Positions 9,182 through 19,221 of a stretch of DNA of 64,000 nucleotides are shown here, in pieces. The translations under genes were made by a program, and so were the position numbers. The notes under the pieces are model-generated. The model saw only the letters and a program-made list of their open reading frames with translations, had not been told where the DNA came from and ran no database searches. Within the stretch, counting starts at the first letter, position 1. The number at the start of each line of letters is the position of its first letter. The DNA lies in contig CBDCDC010000002.1 in assembly GCA_965215195.1 (NCBI GenBank), positions 3,808,001 to 3,872,000 of the forward strand, given 5' to 3'. The stretch is from Candidatus Latescibacterota bacterium. GTDB taxonomy: Bacteria > Latescibacterota > UBA2968 > UBA8231.

Positions 9182-10393
9182 TCAAGAAAGGCGAAAGACG
9201 CGGGCGAAGATGCACTTGAGGTAGCGTCCGTCGGGGAAGGCTGGATCTATCGGATGGTCGGCTGGATGCAGGTTGTAGGCGAGGATACGGGTGCGAACCC
9301 GGGCGCCAGCGGCGGCGCGGCGGACGATTTGAAAGAAATCCTCTGGGGAAATGCGCGCCGAGCACGAGGCCGTCACCAGCAGCCCGCCATCGGCTATGAG
9401 GCGGAAGGCATTGCGATTGAGTTTGGTATAGACGCCCATGGCCTGTTTGTGCTGGCTGCGTTTGCGCATCAGGGAGGGCGGGTCGCAGACGACGATGTCG
9501 CAGCGGGGGCCGCGCTCGGCCAGTTCATCTACAAAGGGAAAGACATCGGCGATCAAGAGGTCGGCGTGGGAGCCTTGGGGGCAATTGGCCGCGAGGGTGC
9601 GGCGGGCAACGGGCACGACTTGGGGCGATATATCGACGTCGAGGGTGCGGGATGCACCGCCTTTGAGGGCGTGGGCGGAAAAACCGCTCGAATAGGAGAA
9701 CAGGTTGAGTACGCGCTGGCCGCGGGCGAGCTGCTGGAGATAGAAGCGGTTGGCGCGTTGGTCGAGGAAAAAGCCGGTCTTCTGGCCGCGATAGAGATCG
9801 GCGTAGAGGCGCGTACCGTGCTCGGCGATTTCGACGAATTCGGGCGGTGCTGCGCCGGCGAGCAGGCCAGTGGGCCGGTCGTTCAGTCCCTCGGCGCGGC
9901 GGGTGCCCACATCGCTGCGTTCGTACAGGCTGCGGGGAGCGAGCAGGGCTTGGAGCGCGTCGAGGACGGCGGAGCGTTGCTTTTCCATGCCAGCCGTGTG
10001 GAATTGCACCACTAGGTAGCCGGCGTAGTCGTCGGCGACTAAGCCGGGCAGGCCATCGCTTTCGCCGTGGACTAGGCGCATGGCGTTGGTGTGGGCGGAT
10101 AGGCCGGCGCTGCGGCGGAGGGCGATGGCTTGGGCGATGCGCTCTGTGAAGAAGGCCGCGTCAATGGGGCGGCTGGGGTCTTGGGTGAGACTGCGCACGC
10201 GGATCAGCGAGCGTCGATTGTAGAACCCGCGACAGACGAAGCGCTCTTTGGCATCAAAGACATCGACGATATCGCCGGTGTCGGCATCTCGGGGAGGGCG
10301 TTCGACCGCGCCGGAGAAGACCCAAGGGTGGCCGTTGCGCACGGTGCGCTCGCTGTTGGGGCGCAGGTAGAGGGGTGGATAGTGGGGGGGCAT
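9182..10393 (-). CDS. rlmI: Class I SAM-dependent rRNA methyltransferase (RlmI family)
   Basis: GHPWVF (PUA domain), GESDGLPGL, GQKTGFFLDQR, LNLFSYS, DPP, SCS. Confidence 0.85.
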   Translation of the reverse strand: MPPHYPPLYLRPNSERTVRNGHPWVFSGAVERPPRDADTGDIVDVFDAKERFVCRGFYNRRSLIRVRSLTQDPSRPIDAAFFTERIAQAIALRRSAGLSAHTNAMRLVHGESDGLPGLVADDYAGYLVVQFHTAGMEKQRSAVLDALQALLAPRSLYERSDVGTRRAEGLNDRPTGLLAGAAPPEFVEIAEHGTRLYADLYRGQKTGFFLDQRANRFYLQQLARGQRVLNLFSYSSGFSAHALKGGASRTLDVDISPQVVPVARRTLAANCPQGSHADLLIADVFPFVDELAERGPRCDIVVCDPPSLMRKRSQHKQAMGVYTKLNRNAFRLIADGGLLVTASCSARISPEDFFQIVRRAAAGARVRTRILAYNLHPADHPIDPAFPDGRYLKCIFARVFRLS

Positions 10394-10405
10394 TTTCTTT
10401 TTTAC

Positions 10406-11647
10406 TTACCAAGCGAGGTGCCAGGGAACAGCGCGGATACCGGGCCGCAACGTGTGCGGCGCATCGACGCGGCAGGCTAGGACGCCGCGAGCTTGAGGGC
10501 CAGCGAGGGCGAGCCAGCGCGCGAGTCCCTCGGCGTGTTTTGGGGTGGGCGTGGCCGTGGCCTTGACCTCGACGCCGTAGAGTGCGCCGCCGCGCTCGAT
10601 GACGAGATCAACTTCGGCGATGGTGTTCGATTGCCAGTAGTACAGGTTTGGTTTTTCGCCCTGTTGCCGACAGGCTTTTAGCCATTCGCCCACGACGGCG
10701 GTTTCTACTAGTGCCCCCAGACTGGGGCCTTGGAGCACTGCTTCTGCCGCGTGGAGGCCGAGGAAGAAGGTGGCTAATCCAGGATCAATCAGGTAGAGCT
10801 TGGGGCTTTTGCGCAGGCGTTTGCCTAAGTTGCGGTAATAGGGTTGCAGCAGATAAATGATCTGGCTGGTTTCCAATACTGAAAGCCAGCGCTTGATCGT
10901 CGGGCCGCTGACGCCGACTTCGCGGCTGAGTTCGGTCGTGTTGAGCGTAGTGCCGGTACGGGCACCGACGAGCATGAGGAAGCGGGTAAAAGCGCCCAAA
11001 TCGGCAATCTGGGCTAGGTCGCGCACGTCGCGTTCGAGATAGGTCTGGACATAGCTGCCAAACCAGAGTTGGCGATCCACCCGCGGCTCGACCCGCGGCT
11101 CGACCCGCGGCTCGGGAAAGCCGCCGCGCAAGAGCCAATCTGCGAGGTTGATCGACCGCGATGATTGGTCCGCGGCCGCGGGAACGCCGAACACCTTGTC
11201 CAACAGGGCATCCATGCCAGACGGCACTGGTCGTTGGCCGATTTCGGCGGTGGAGAGCGGGTCGAGGGTGAGGATGGCGACGCGACCCGAGAGGGTCTGA
11301 CTGAGGCCGTGCATGAGCGCGAAGTTCTGCGAGCCGGTCAGGAGCCAGCGACCCGGGCGGCGGTTGGCGTCGATATCGTCTTTGATGTAGTGGAGCAGCT
11401 CTGGCGCGTACTGGATTTCGTCGAGGATCACCGGCGGGGCGGCCTCAGAGAGGAAGGCGATTGGATCGGCTTGGGCACGTGCCCGGATGTCGGGGCGTTC
11501 GAGCGAGAGATAGCGATGGGAAGTGCCGAATTCTCGGCACAACAGAGTGGTTTTGCCCGTCTGCCGCGCACCAGTGACCAGCACGGCGGGAAAGGTAGCA
11601 GCGGCCCGAAGGATGGTTTGCGTCAAATGGCGCTTGAGATAGGACAT
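10406..11647 (-). CDS. AAA+ ATPase (AAA_14 plus DUF4143-type)
   Basis: GARQTGKT, ILDEIQ, LTGSQ, GGFP, KSPKLYLIDPG, EVDL...EVK. Start set at MSYLKR. Confidence 0.88.
   Translation of the reverse strand: MSYLKRHLTQTILRAAATFPAVLVTGARQTGKTTLLCREFGTSHRYLSLERPDIRARAQADPIAFLSEAAPPVILDEIQYAPELLHYIKDDIDANRRPGRWLLTGSQNFALMHGLSQTLSGRVAILTLDPLSTAEIGQRPVPSGMDALLDKVFGVPAAADQSSRSINLADWLLRGGFPEPRVEPRVEPRVDRQLWFGSYVQTYLERDVRDLAQIADLGAFTRFLMLVGARTGTTLNTTELSREVGVSGPTIKRWLSVLETSQIIYLLQPYYRNLGKRLRKSPKLYLIDPGLATFFLGLHAAEAVLQGPSLGALVETAVVGEWLKACRQQGEKPNLYYWQSNTIAEVDLVIERGGALYGVEVKATATPTPKHAEGLARWLALAGPQARGVLACRVDAPHTLRPGIRAVPWHLAW
11079..11114. repeat. In-frame 12-bp tandem repeat x3 (ACCCGCGGCTCG)
   Basis: Read directly; encodes EPRVEPRVEPRV in the ATPase. 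Confidence 0.9.
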
Positions 11648-11808
11648 ACTGTGGCGAGACCTATTTCTTGCGAATTTAACATCTGATATTAAGATTTGCA
11701 AGAAATTGTCATCGCTTCCGGAAAAGTAAAAAAGAGAAAACAGTAGGCACAAAAACCCCGCCGTCTTGGATGAGACGACGGGGGACAACCGCGAGATGGC
11801 TCCGCACC

Positions 11809-12534
11809 CTAACCCCAGCTCGGGATCGGGGTCTGAAGCGGATCGTCGATCCAGAGAAAGCACCCGTTGACGTTGCTCTCAATGATGTCGATCACGAGCT
11901 GGGCCGCCTTCTCCGGCGGATCCCCACCCGTTTGCTCCACCCACGCCACCCAGTTGTCGTAGCCGCTCTCCCTGACGGTGCTCATCTTGTCGCGGATATC
12001 CGCCCACATCGCGGTCTTGACGTCGCCGGGATGGATGACGTTCGCGGTGACGCCCGTCCCCTCCAGCTCGGCGGCAAGGTGTCGGGTGAACTGGTTGAGA
12101 GCGACCTTTGCCGTGCCGTAGGCGCTGTTCAGCCGCCCGGGGGTGTGCAGCGACGCCGCAGACGAAAGGCTCACGATCCGGCCCCATCCTGCGTCCAGCA
12201 TTCCGCTTAGAAACGCACGGGACACGAGATAGGGCCCCACTGCATCGATCATGAGCGTTTCGACCCATTCCTCGGGGTCGCTGTCCTTTACGAGGGCGAT
12301 CGGGCCGAAAACCCCGGCGGCATTGACGAGAACGGTGGGCCGACCGAGCTCGGCTTCGACCGCGGTTTTGAGGCGGTCAACATCGGCCGGGTCCGACACA
12401 TCGGCCGCGAATCGCGCCGAGCGGCGCGCGACGGTTGCGACGGCAAGGCCGCGCGCCTTTAGAGCATCGGCGATTGCCCGTCCGACGCCGCGGCTGGCGC
12501 CGGTGACGACCGCGACGCGTCCCTCGAGATTCAT
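11809..12534 (-). CDS. SDR family oxidoreductase
   Basis: TGASRGVG, VNAAG, YGTAK. Confidence 0.9.
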   Translation of the reverse strand: MNLEGRVAVVTGASRGVGRAIADALKARGLAVATVARRSARFAADVSDPADVDRLKTAVEAELGRPTVLVNAAGVFGPIALVKDSDPEEWVETLMIDAVGPYLVSRAFLSGMLDAGWGRIVSLSSAASLHTPGRLNSAYGTAKVALNQFTRHLAAELEGTGVTANVIHPGDVKTAMWADIRDKMSTVRESGYDNWVAWVEQTGGDPPEKAAQLVIDIIESNVNGCFLWIDDPLQTPIPSWG

Positions 12535-12536
12535 GG

Positions 12537-13334
12537 TCAGGCCTCGGCGGGCACGATGGGATTGTGCGCGTCACCGAGGCGCTTGCGCTCACTGCCCCAG
12601 TTGCCGGCGCTGCCGTTCCAGTAGCGGGTGTCGGACGGGCTGTACGAGAAGAGGTAGGACCAGCGCGGCTCGTCGGTGGTGTTGGCCGGGCCCCCGTGGA
12701 TGGTGTATCCGTGATGCACGGTGCAGTCTCCCGGCTGGTAGTGGAGAGGCGGCGAGAGCTCCAGCACGGACGTCAGATTCGGGAACTGCTCGAGCAGGTC
12801 GCCTCGGTCGTCGTTGAACACCGAACCGAGCGGTCCTTCGCGATGGGAGCGGCTGACGAACCGCATGGCACCCATCTCGGCTGTGACTTCCGCCAGTGCC
12901 AGCCAGAACTGGAGCTCGCCGACCCGGTCGGAGCCATGCTCGGACGAGTCTTGGTGATAGGTGGACCCGGCTGCTCCGGGGGCCTTTTTTAGGAGCAGAT
13001 CCACGCGGTAGCGGAGCGGAACATCCACGCCCTTGAGCCGCTTCCTGTTCACGAGGCGCGTCGCGTTTTGTGCCATGCGCTCGCTGAACATGAATGAACG
13101 AAACGGCTCGGTCGCTTGATTCCGCGCCAGGCCGGCGACCGGCTTGCCGGGGCCAACCTCCTCGGCGTGGCGCTCGGCCCACTCCCGTCCGACGCGCAGG
13201 AGCTGTGCGGCGAACTTTGGAGCGACGAGCCGCGGCATCATAACCCAGCCGTATTCGTGGTAGAAGGCCACCTCCTCGTCTGTGACCTCCCGGACGACAG
13301 CCTCGATCTCGCGCTCGGTCATTGCTTGTTCCAT
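12537..13334 (-). CDS. Phytanoyl-CoA dioxygenase family Fe(II)/2OG oxygenase
   Basis: HQD motif, PGD..VHHG.T.HG. Confidence 0.85.
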   Translation of the reverse strand: MEQAMTEREIEAVVREVTDEEVAFYHEYGWVMMPRLVAPKFAAQLLRVGREWAERHAEEVGPGKPVAGLARNQATEPFRSFMFSERMAQNATRLVNRKRLKGVDVPLRYRVDLLLKKAPGAAGSTYHQDSSEHGSDRVGELQFWLALAEVTAEMGAMRFVSRSHREGPLGSVFNDDRGDLLEQFPNLTSVLELSPPLHYQPGDCTVHHGYTIHGGPANTTDEPRWSYLFSYSPSDTRYWNGSAGNWGSERKRLGDAHNPIVPAEA

Positions 13335-13495
13335 AACCCGTGCTCCTAATTGTGCTACTGTGCGGACTCGGACTGATAAGAAGCCTTTATGGACGCGTTG
13401 TCAAGGGCCGTAGTGGGGATGCGTTGTCGGCGGCAAACCGCAATAGGACCGTTTCGCAGTCGGCTATTTTCGTCGTCTGACAAGAAATCAGCGCG

Positions 13496-14839
13496 TCAAC
13501 TGAGATACTGCTTGGCCTCTTTGCCCACCACCTCGCGCAAGTCGGGGTCGTCAATGCAGAAGATGCGGAAAATTTTGGCTTGGTCCTCAAAGTTGTGCAG
13601 CAGCGAGTCGCGCAGGCGGGAGACCTCTGGGTCGGCAAAGGTCAGAGGGTCGGTCCTGTCGGCGGGAAGCGTACGGCCGTAGAAGACCCTGAGATCGACT
13701 TCGGGCGTCTTGTCAAAGCTGGGGATGTCGATGAGGATCTCGTGGCCTTGGAACGGGCGGCCGAGCCGCTGGCCGAAGACTTGGCACAGCTCAATTTCCT
13801 TGGCGCGGCGCTTGTAGGGATGGCGGAAGAGGAAATTGAGGTGGTGCATCAGGGGTTGGGTGCGCTCGCTGGGATGGATGACGGCACCGACCTTGTAGAG
13901 GCGGCGGTGGATCGTGCCGTCGAGGAGCTGGGCAGAGGTCTCCAGCCCTAGGCGCTCCTGCTCGCGCTGGAGGTGCGCGATCAGCCCACTCTCGGTGAGG
14001 CGGTGGAAATCGGCGAAGTTGAGTCGGTTGTGCGGATGGAGGAGAATCTCTTGCACGGCGCGCTTGAACATGGCCGACGCTGAGCGCACCGCGTGGTGCC
14101 AGTACACGTTGCGGTACATTTGGTAATTGGTAAAGACTAGGGCCTCGACGGCGGAGACGCCTTTGCTAGTGATGGCCAGCCGCTTGCGCTGCGGGTCGAA
14201 CTTGATCGAGGCGATCAGGCGGTCGCGGTTGACGCTCTCGCCGAAGGGTACGCCGCAGAACATGGAATCGCGCAGGAGATAGTCGATTTTGTCGGGGTCG
14301 AGGGTGCCGCTGAGGATATTGGCCAGCAGCAGGTCTGCGGGGGCAACCGCGCGGCCGCTGTTTTCGTAGTCGATGACGTTGGCCACCCGCACTGGGTCGG
14401 TCTGGAACTGATCGGCGATCGTCTGGCAGACTTCGCTGTCTTGGTCCTCGATGATCTGCCTCGCCCCTTCTTCGTGCCGCATGAAAAAGGGCCTTAGTTC
14501 TTCGAGGGTATGCGAGAAGGGGTAGTGGCCGATGTCGTGGAGCAAGGTGGCGGCGATGAAGACGCGCACGTCTTCGTCGCTCAGCACTAGGGGCGGATCC
14601 GAGCGCAGGAGACGGGCCAAAAACTGCTTGGCCAAGTGATAGACGCCCAGCGAGTGTTCAAAGCGCGAGTGGCGCGCCCCTGGGTACACCAGATGCACGT
14701 AGCCGAGCTGGGTGATGTTGCGCAGGCGCTGGAAGGCCCGGGTATCGACGAGGGCGAGGACGGGAGCGGGGACGTGGATGTAGCCCCAAACTGGGTCGCG
14801 GATGACCTTGCCTTCCTCGGCTAAAAGCGGATGATCCAT
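13496..14839 (-). CDS. HD-domain phosphohydrolase (dNTP triphosphohydrolase-like family)
   Basis: IRDPVWG, FQRLR.I.QLG, HSRFEHSLGV, LLHDIGH.PFSH, DPDKIDYL.RDS, VYWH. Confidence 0.88.
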   Translation of the reverse strand: MDHPLLAEEGKVIRDPVWGYIHVPAPVLALVDTRAFQRLRNITQLGYVHLVYPGARHSRFEHSLGVYHLAKQFLARLLRSDPPLVLSDEDVRVFIAATLLHDIGHYPFSHTLEELRPFFMRHEEGARQIIEDQDSEVCQTIADQFQTDPVRVANVIDYENSGRAVAPADLLLANILSGTLDPDKIDYLLRDSMFCGVPFGESVNRDRLIASIKFDPQRKRLAITSKGVSAVEALVFTNYQMYRNVYWHHAVRSASAMFKRAVQEILLHPHNRLNFADFHRLTESGLIAHLQREQERLGLETSAQLLDGTIHRRLYKVGAVIHPSERTQPLMHHLNFLFRHPYKRRAKEIELCQVFGQRLGRPFQGHEILIDIPSFDKTPEVDLRVFYGRTLPADRTDPLTFADPEVSRLRDSLLHNFEDQAKIFRIFCIDDPDLREVVGKEAKQYLS

Positions 14840-14849
14840 AGCGCCGGCC

Positions 14850-14878
14850 AATCTAGGGCCCCCCTGTTACCCTGTCAA
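14850..14878 (-). promoter_or_regulatory. Sigma70-like promoter of the HD gene
   Basis: TTGACA-N17-TAGATT on the minus strand, ending ~10 nt before ATG 14839. Confidence 0.5.
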
Positions 14879-14941
14879 GAAATGCGCACCGAACTCATTA
14901 TGGAAGCAATAGTTAGGGCATTTTGTTGCACGGGCTGTCCA

Positions 14942-14970
14942 TTGACACAAAACCGATTGGCTCCTATCTT
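14942..14970 (+). promoter_or_regulatory. Sigma70-like promoter of the ndk-fab operon
   Basis: TTGACA-N17-TATCTT. Confidence 0.55.
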
Positions 14971-15020
14971 AAAAAATTTCATTTGAGGGACGCACTTGAG
15001 GAAATAACATTCTATATTTT

Positions 15021-15422
15021 ATGGAACGCACGTTGATGATCGTCAAGCCCGATGCGGTTGCCAAAAACGCCATCGGCCAAATTATTGCCCGCGTCGAGGG
15101 CGCGGGATTTGTCGTACGCGCCCTGCGCATGGTCGAGCTATCCGTTGAGCAGGCGAGGGCTTTCTACGCCGTGCATCGGGAGCGGCCTTTCTACGACGAG
15201 TTGGTGGAATTTATGACCTCGGGGCCAGCCGTGCCGATGGTGCTAGAGCGCACCGACGCGGTGGCGCACCTGCGCGAATTCATCGGTCCGACCAACAGCC
15301 TAGCGGCCCCGGCGGGCACGATTCGCGGCGACTTTGGCACGGATGTGCAGTGCAACGCCGTCCACGCCTCGGACTCAGCGGCCAACGCCGAGTCCGAGAT
15401 CGCGTTTTTCTTTGCCGACTGA
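15021..15422 (+). CDS. ndk: Nucleoside diphosphate kinase
   Basis: ERTL..VKPDA, PGTIRG-like segment, NAVHASDS. Confidence 0.96.
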   Translation: MERTLMIVKPDAVAKNAIGQIIARVEGAGFVVRALRMVELSVEQARAFYAVHRERPFYDELVEFMTSGPAVPMVLERTDAVAHLREFIGPTNSLAAPAGTIRGDFGTDVQCNAVHASDSAANAESEIAFFFAD

Positions 15423-15429
15423 GTACGCC

Positions 15430-15969
15430 ATGAGTGCCTTGCTAGTACTCAACGATCTCGCAGAGGGGCCGAATGCGCTCTCCTTTGAGCTACGCGCAGA
15501 GGAACTGGAGTTAAAAGACGAATTTTTCGCCTTTCCCTCTATCGTCGAAGTCCGCGTCGAGGTGCGGCGTGCGCTCGACAACTTCAGGCTCGACGGGGTC
15601 GTAACCTGCCGCATTGCCGGCGAGTGCTATCGCTGTCTAGAGGAAGTACAGGAAGAGGTCGCGGCGCGGTTGCGCTTGCTCTTGCAGCGCCGCCAAGCGA
15701 CCCCGGAAGAGCTGGCCTCGGCCGAAGCAGACGGATTCATCGAGATCGTCGATCCCGGGACGCGCGAGTTCGATTTGTGCGCCCACATCCGCGAGGCCGT
15801 GATCTTGGACTTGCCAATGCGCATACCCACCCCGGACGCCGATGGGCGGTGCCCGCACTGCGGAGTTGACCGGGCCGACGAACCCACCGCCCAACGGGAA
15901 CGAGAAGTGGACCCGCGTTGGGCCGCGCTCGCGCAGATCGAATTTCCGCAACCCAAAGAAGGTTCTTGA
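15430..15969 (+). CDS. yceD: YceD/DUF177 family protein
   Basis: ECYRCL, DPRWAAL, position directly upstream of rpmF. Confidence 0.85.
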   Translation: MSALLVLNDLAEGPNALSFELRAEELELKDEFFAFPSIVEVRVEVRRALDNFRLDGVVTCRIAGECYRCLEEVQEEVAARLRLLLQRRQATPEELASAEADGFIEIVDPGTREFDLCAHIREAVILDLPMRIPTPDADGRCPHCGVDRADEPTAQREREVDPRWAALAQIEFPQPKEGS

Positions 15970-15981
15970 GAGGAGTTCCCC

Positions 15982-16164
15982 GTGGCTGCAGTACCTAAGA
16001 GGAGAATTTCGCGCACCCGCCGCGACAAGCGGCGCACGCACTGGAAGATCAAGGCGGCGGCGAGGACCACTTGCTCCCACTGCGGACAGCCCGCCCTGCC
16101 CCATCGCGTCTGCCCGAGCTGCGGCTTCTATCGCGGCCGCGAATACATCGAGCCTGAAGTATAG
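15982..16164 (+). CDS. rpmF: 50S ribosomal protein L32
   Basis: AVPKRRISRTRRDKRR, CSHC, PHRVCPSCG.Y. Confidence 0.96.
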   Translation: MAAVPKRRISRTRRDKRRTHWKIKAAARTTCSHCGQPALPHRVCPSCGFYRGREYIEPEV

Positions 16165-16186
16165 GCTGTTCGAGGCGGATGCTTGC

Positions 16187-17191
16187 GTGGCTGAAGAGGA
16201 GAAAAGATTTCGTGCGGCCATTACGGCGACTGCGCATTTCCTGCCCGACAAGGTGGTCACCAACTCCGATCTGGAGCGGCTGGTAGATACCTCGGACGAG
16301 TGGATCCGCACGCGCACTGGCATTGCCGAGCGGCGCTTCCTGCCGGCGGACGCGCCGACCTCCACTATGGCCAACGCCGTGGCCCACGAACTCTTGGCGC
16401 GCCGAGGAATTGCCGCCGCCGACCTCGACCTAATCATCGTCGCGACCATTACGCCAGACATGATCTTTCCGGCGACGGCCTGCTTGGTGCAGCACGCCAT
16501 CGGGGCCAGCCGGGTCTGGGCCTACGACCTGTCGGCAGCTTGCTCTGGCTTTGTCTTTGCCGTGGCGACCGGAGCGCAATTCATCGAAAGCGGCACACAC
16601 CGCCGAGTGATGGTCATTGGTGCCGACAAGATGAGCAGCATCCTCGACTTTGAGGACCGCACGACTTGCGTACTCTTTGGCGACGGGGCGGGTGGGGTTT
16701 TGCTGGAGCGCGGCGAGGACAAAGCCGGCATGATCGACTTTGAGCTATACGCCGACGGGGCCGCGGTCGAATGCCTGCACATCAAAGGCGGCGGTAGCCT
16801 GTATCCCCCTTCGCACGAGACCGTAGATCAGCGCATGCACTACATCCGCCAAGAGGGGCGCACGGTCTTCCGGTTCGCCGTAGAGAAAATGGCCGAAGTG
16901 TCGGCTAGCCTGCTGGAGCGCAACGATCTTACGGGCGAAGACCTCAAGCTCTTCGTACCGCATCAAGCCAACAAGCGCATTATCGACGCCGCGGCCCAGC
17001 GCATGGATCTCCCCTTGGAAAAAGTGATGATCAATATTGACCGCTACGCCAACACCACGGCCGCGACCATTCCCATTGCCTTGGCAGAAGCCGCTGATCA
17101 AGGTCGCTTGGAGCGCGGCGATTTGGTGCTGATGACCGGCGTCGGCGGTGGCCTCACTTGGGGCAGCGTCCTGTTCCGCTGGGGGCACTAA
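16187..17191 (+). CDS. fabH: Beta-ketoacyl-ACP synthase III
   Basis: DTSDEWI..RTGI, AACSGF, FGDGAG, PHQAN, NT.AA. GTG start at 16187. Confidence 0.95.
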   Translation: MAEEEKRFRAAITATAHFLPDKVVTNSDLERLVDTSDEWIRTRTGIAERRFLPADAPTSTMANAVAHELLARRGIAAADLDLIIVATITPDMIFPATACLVQHAIGASRVWAYDLSAACSGFVFAVATGAQFIESGTHRRVMVIGADKMSSILDFEDRTTCVLFGDGAGGVLLERGEDKAGMIDFELYADGAAVECLHIKGGGSLYPPSHETVDQRMHYIRQEGRTVFRFAVEKMAEVSASLLERNDLTGEDLKLFVPHQANKRIIDAAAQRMDLPLEKVMINIDRYANTTAATIPIALAEAADQGRLERGDLVLMTGVGGGLTWGSVLFRWGH

Positions 17192-17192
17192 G

Positions 17193-18122
17193 ATGGGCGG
17201 GTGCGCCTTTTTATTTCCGGGACAGGGTTCGCAGGCCGTGGGCATGGCCCGCGACCTGTACGAGCGGCACGAGTCGGTGCGGGCGCGCTTTGCCGAGGCC
17301 GACGAGGTGCTGGGTTTTGCGCTCAGTACGCTGTGCTTTGAGGGGCCGGCCGAGCAACTGGCGCAAACCCACGTCACGCAGCCGGCCGTCTTCGTCCACA
17401 GCGTCGCCGCCGGCGAGTTGCTCGCCGCGGGCGGACTACAGCCGGTGGCCGTAGCCGGACACAGCCTCGGGGAATACTCGGCGTTGGTGGCGGCCGGAGT
17501 ACTCTCTTTTGCGGAGGCCCTGACGCTGGTGGGTACGCGCGGCCAGTTGATGCAGGAAGCCGGCCGCGAGTGGCCGGGGACGATGGGGGCGGTGATCGGT
17601 TTGGACGACGATCAAGTCGTAGCCTTGTGCCAACAGGTAGCGGATGTCGGGGTCGCAGTAGCCGCCAATTTTAACGCTCCGGGCCAAGTCGTGGTGTCGG
17701 GTGAGCCGGCCGCGGTGGCACGGGTGAGCGAGTTGGCCACCCAAGCCGGCGCTCGGCGCGTCGTCGAATTGGCCGTCAGTGGGGCCTTTCACTCGCCGCT
17801 TATGGCGTCGGCGGCCGTGGAGATGGAGTCGCTGTTACAGGCGGTGCCCTTTGCGCGGCCGCGCGTACCAGTGGTGACCAATGTCTCGGCTGCGCCCGTG
17901 GAAGACCCAGAAAAACTGCGGCTGCACCTAATCCGTCAGATCACGGACCCAGTTCGCTGGAGCGCGACAGTGCAGCGGCTGGCGGCCATGGGCATCAACC
18001 GCGCTTTTGAAGTGGGGCCGGGGGCCGTGCTAAGGGGCCTAGTGCGTCGCACCGCGCCCAAGCTGGCGGTCGCACTGGCGGGTACCGTGGAAGAAATCGC
18101 CGCCGCAAAAGGAGCGGAATGA
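17193..18122 (+). CDS. fabD: Malonyl CoA-ACP transacylase
   Basis: FPGQGSQ, GHSLGEY, SGAFHS. Confidence 0.95.
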   Translation: MGGCAFLFPGQGSQAVGMARDLYERHESVRARFAEADEVLGFALSTLCFEGPAEQLAQTHVTQPAVFVHSVAAGELLAAGGLQPVAVAGHSLGEYSALVAAGVLSFAEALTLVGTRGQLMQEAGREWPGTMGAVIGLDDDQVVALCQQVADVGVAVAANFNAPGQVVVSGEPAAVARVSELATQAGARRVVELAVSGAFHSPLMASAAVEMESLLQAVPFARPRVPVVTNVSAAPVEDPEKLRLHLIRQITDPVRWSATVQRLAAMGINRAFEVGPGAVLRGLVRRTAPKLAVALAGTVEEIAAAKGAE

Positions 18123-18123
18123 T

Positions 18124-18870
18124 ATGGGACTCTTGGACGGGAAAGTCGCGCTCGTAACGGGTGGGTCGCGGGGCATTGGCCGGGCCATTGCCCTGCGCTT
18201 GGCCGCAGAGGGCGCGGACTTGGCGATCTGCGCCCGCAATGTTGCGGCGGCTGGCGAGGTGGTCGCGGCCATTGAGGCCCTGGGCCGCCGCTGCCTCGTG
18301 CGTCAGGCCGATGTCGCCGACGCCGAGCAGGCGGCCGAGCTGATAGCGGCGACGATCGCGGAATTGGGCCGGCTGGACGTGCTGGTCAACAACGCCGGCG
18401 TCACCCGCGACAATTTGCTGCTGCGGATGAAGGAGGAGGATTGGGACGAGGTCTTGGCAATCAACCTCAAGGGCACCTTCAACTGCGTCCGGGCGGCCGT
18501 GCGCCCCATGCTCAAAGCGCGCGGCGGGCGGATCGTCAACATCACTTCGGTCGTGGGATTGCTAGGCAATGCCGGCCAAGCCAATTACGCCGCGTCCAAG
18601 GCCGGGTTGATCGGCCTGACCAAGAGCTTGGCGCGGGAATTGGCTTCGCGCGGGATCACTGCCAATGCCGTAGCCCCGGGGCTGGTACCGGAAACGGGCA
18701 TGACGGACGGGTTGACCGAGCAGCAGCAGGAGCAGATGATTGCCGCGGTGCCGCTAGGCCGCGCCGGGACGCCGGAAGACGTGGCTTGCGCCGTGGCGTT
18801 TCTAGCGTCGGATCAAGCCGCCTATATCACCGGTCAGGTCTTGTCTGTAGATGGCGGCATGGCCATGTAA
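18124..18870 (+). CDS. fabG: 3-oxoacyl-ACP reductase
   Basis: TGGSRGIG, NNAGVTRDNL, GQANYAASK; operon context. Confidence 0.95.
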   Translation: MGLLDGKVALVTGGSRGIGRAIALRLAAEGADLAICARNVAAAGEVVAAIEALGRRCLVRQADVADAEQAAELIAATIAELGRLDVLVNNAGVTRDNLLLRMKEEDWDEVLAINLKGTFNCVRAAVRPMLKARGGRIVNITSVVGLLGNAGQANYAASKAGLIGLTKSLARELASRGITANAVAPGLVPETGMTDGLTEQQQEQMIAAVPLGRAGTPEDVACAVAFLASDQAAYITGQVLSVDGGMAM

Positions 18871-18970
18871 AAAATTTGCTCATCGCCTATATTTAGACCC
18901 TAATTTTAAGACCGCAGGCTATTGGCCACAGCGGTAACAACTGTTCACTCCTATCCCAAGAGGAACACAC

Positions 18971-19210
18971 ATGGCTTCTATTGAAGAGCGCGTGAGAGAT
19001 CTGGTCGTCGAACAACTCGGCGTGAGCCAAGATCAAGTAAATCCCCGAGCATCTTTTATCGACGACTTGGGGGCCGATTCGCTCGATACGGTCGAGCTGG
19101 TCATGGCCTTTGAGGAAGAATTCGGGATCGATATCCCGGACGAGGACGCCGAGAAGATGGTGGTCGTTGCCGACGCGATTAAGTACCTAGAAGAGAATAG
19201 CAAGGCGTGA
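18971..19210 (+). CDS. acpP: Acyl carrier protein
   Basis: [14 protein letters not shown]. Confidence 0.97.
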   Translation: MASIEERVRDLVVEQLGVSQDQVNPRASFIDDLGADSLDTVELVMAFEEEFGIDIPDEDAEKMVVVADAIKYLEENSKA

Positions 19211-19221
19211 GCGGCAGTCCA

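Noticed and set aside
11674-11700. ATTTAACAT resembling the XerD arm of a dif site
   Set aside because: Only 9 bp match and there is no XerC arm.
10396-11735. 12-bp inverted repeat AAGTAAAAAAGA flanking the AAA ATPase
   Set aside because: Low complexity and no target duplication; could be chance.
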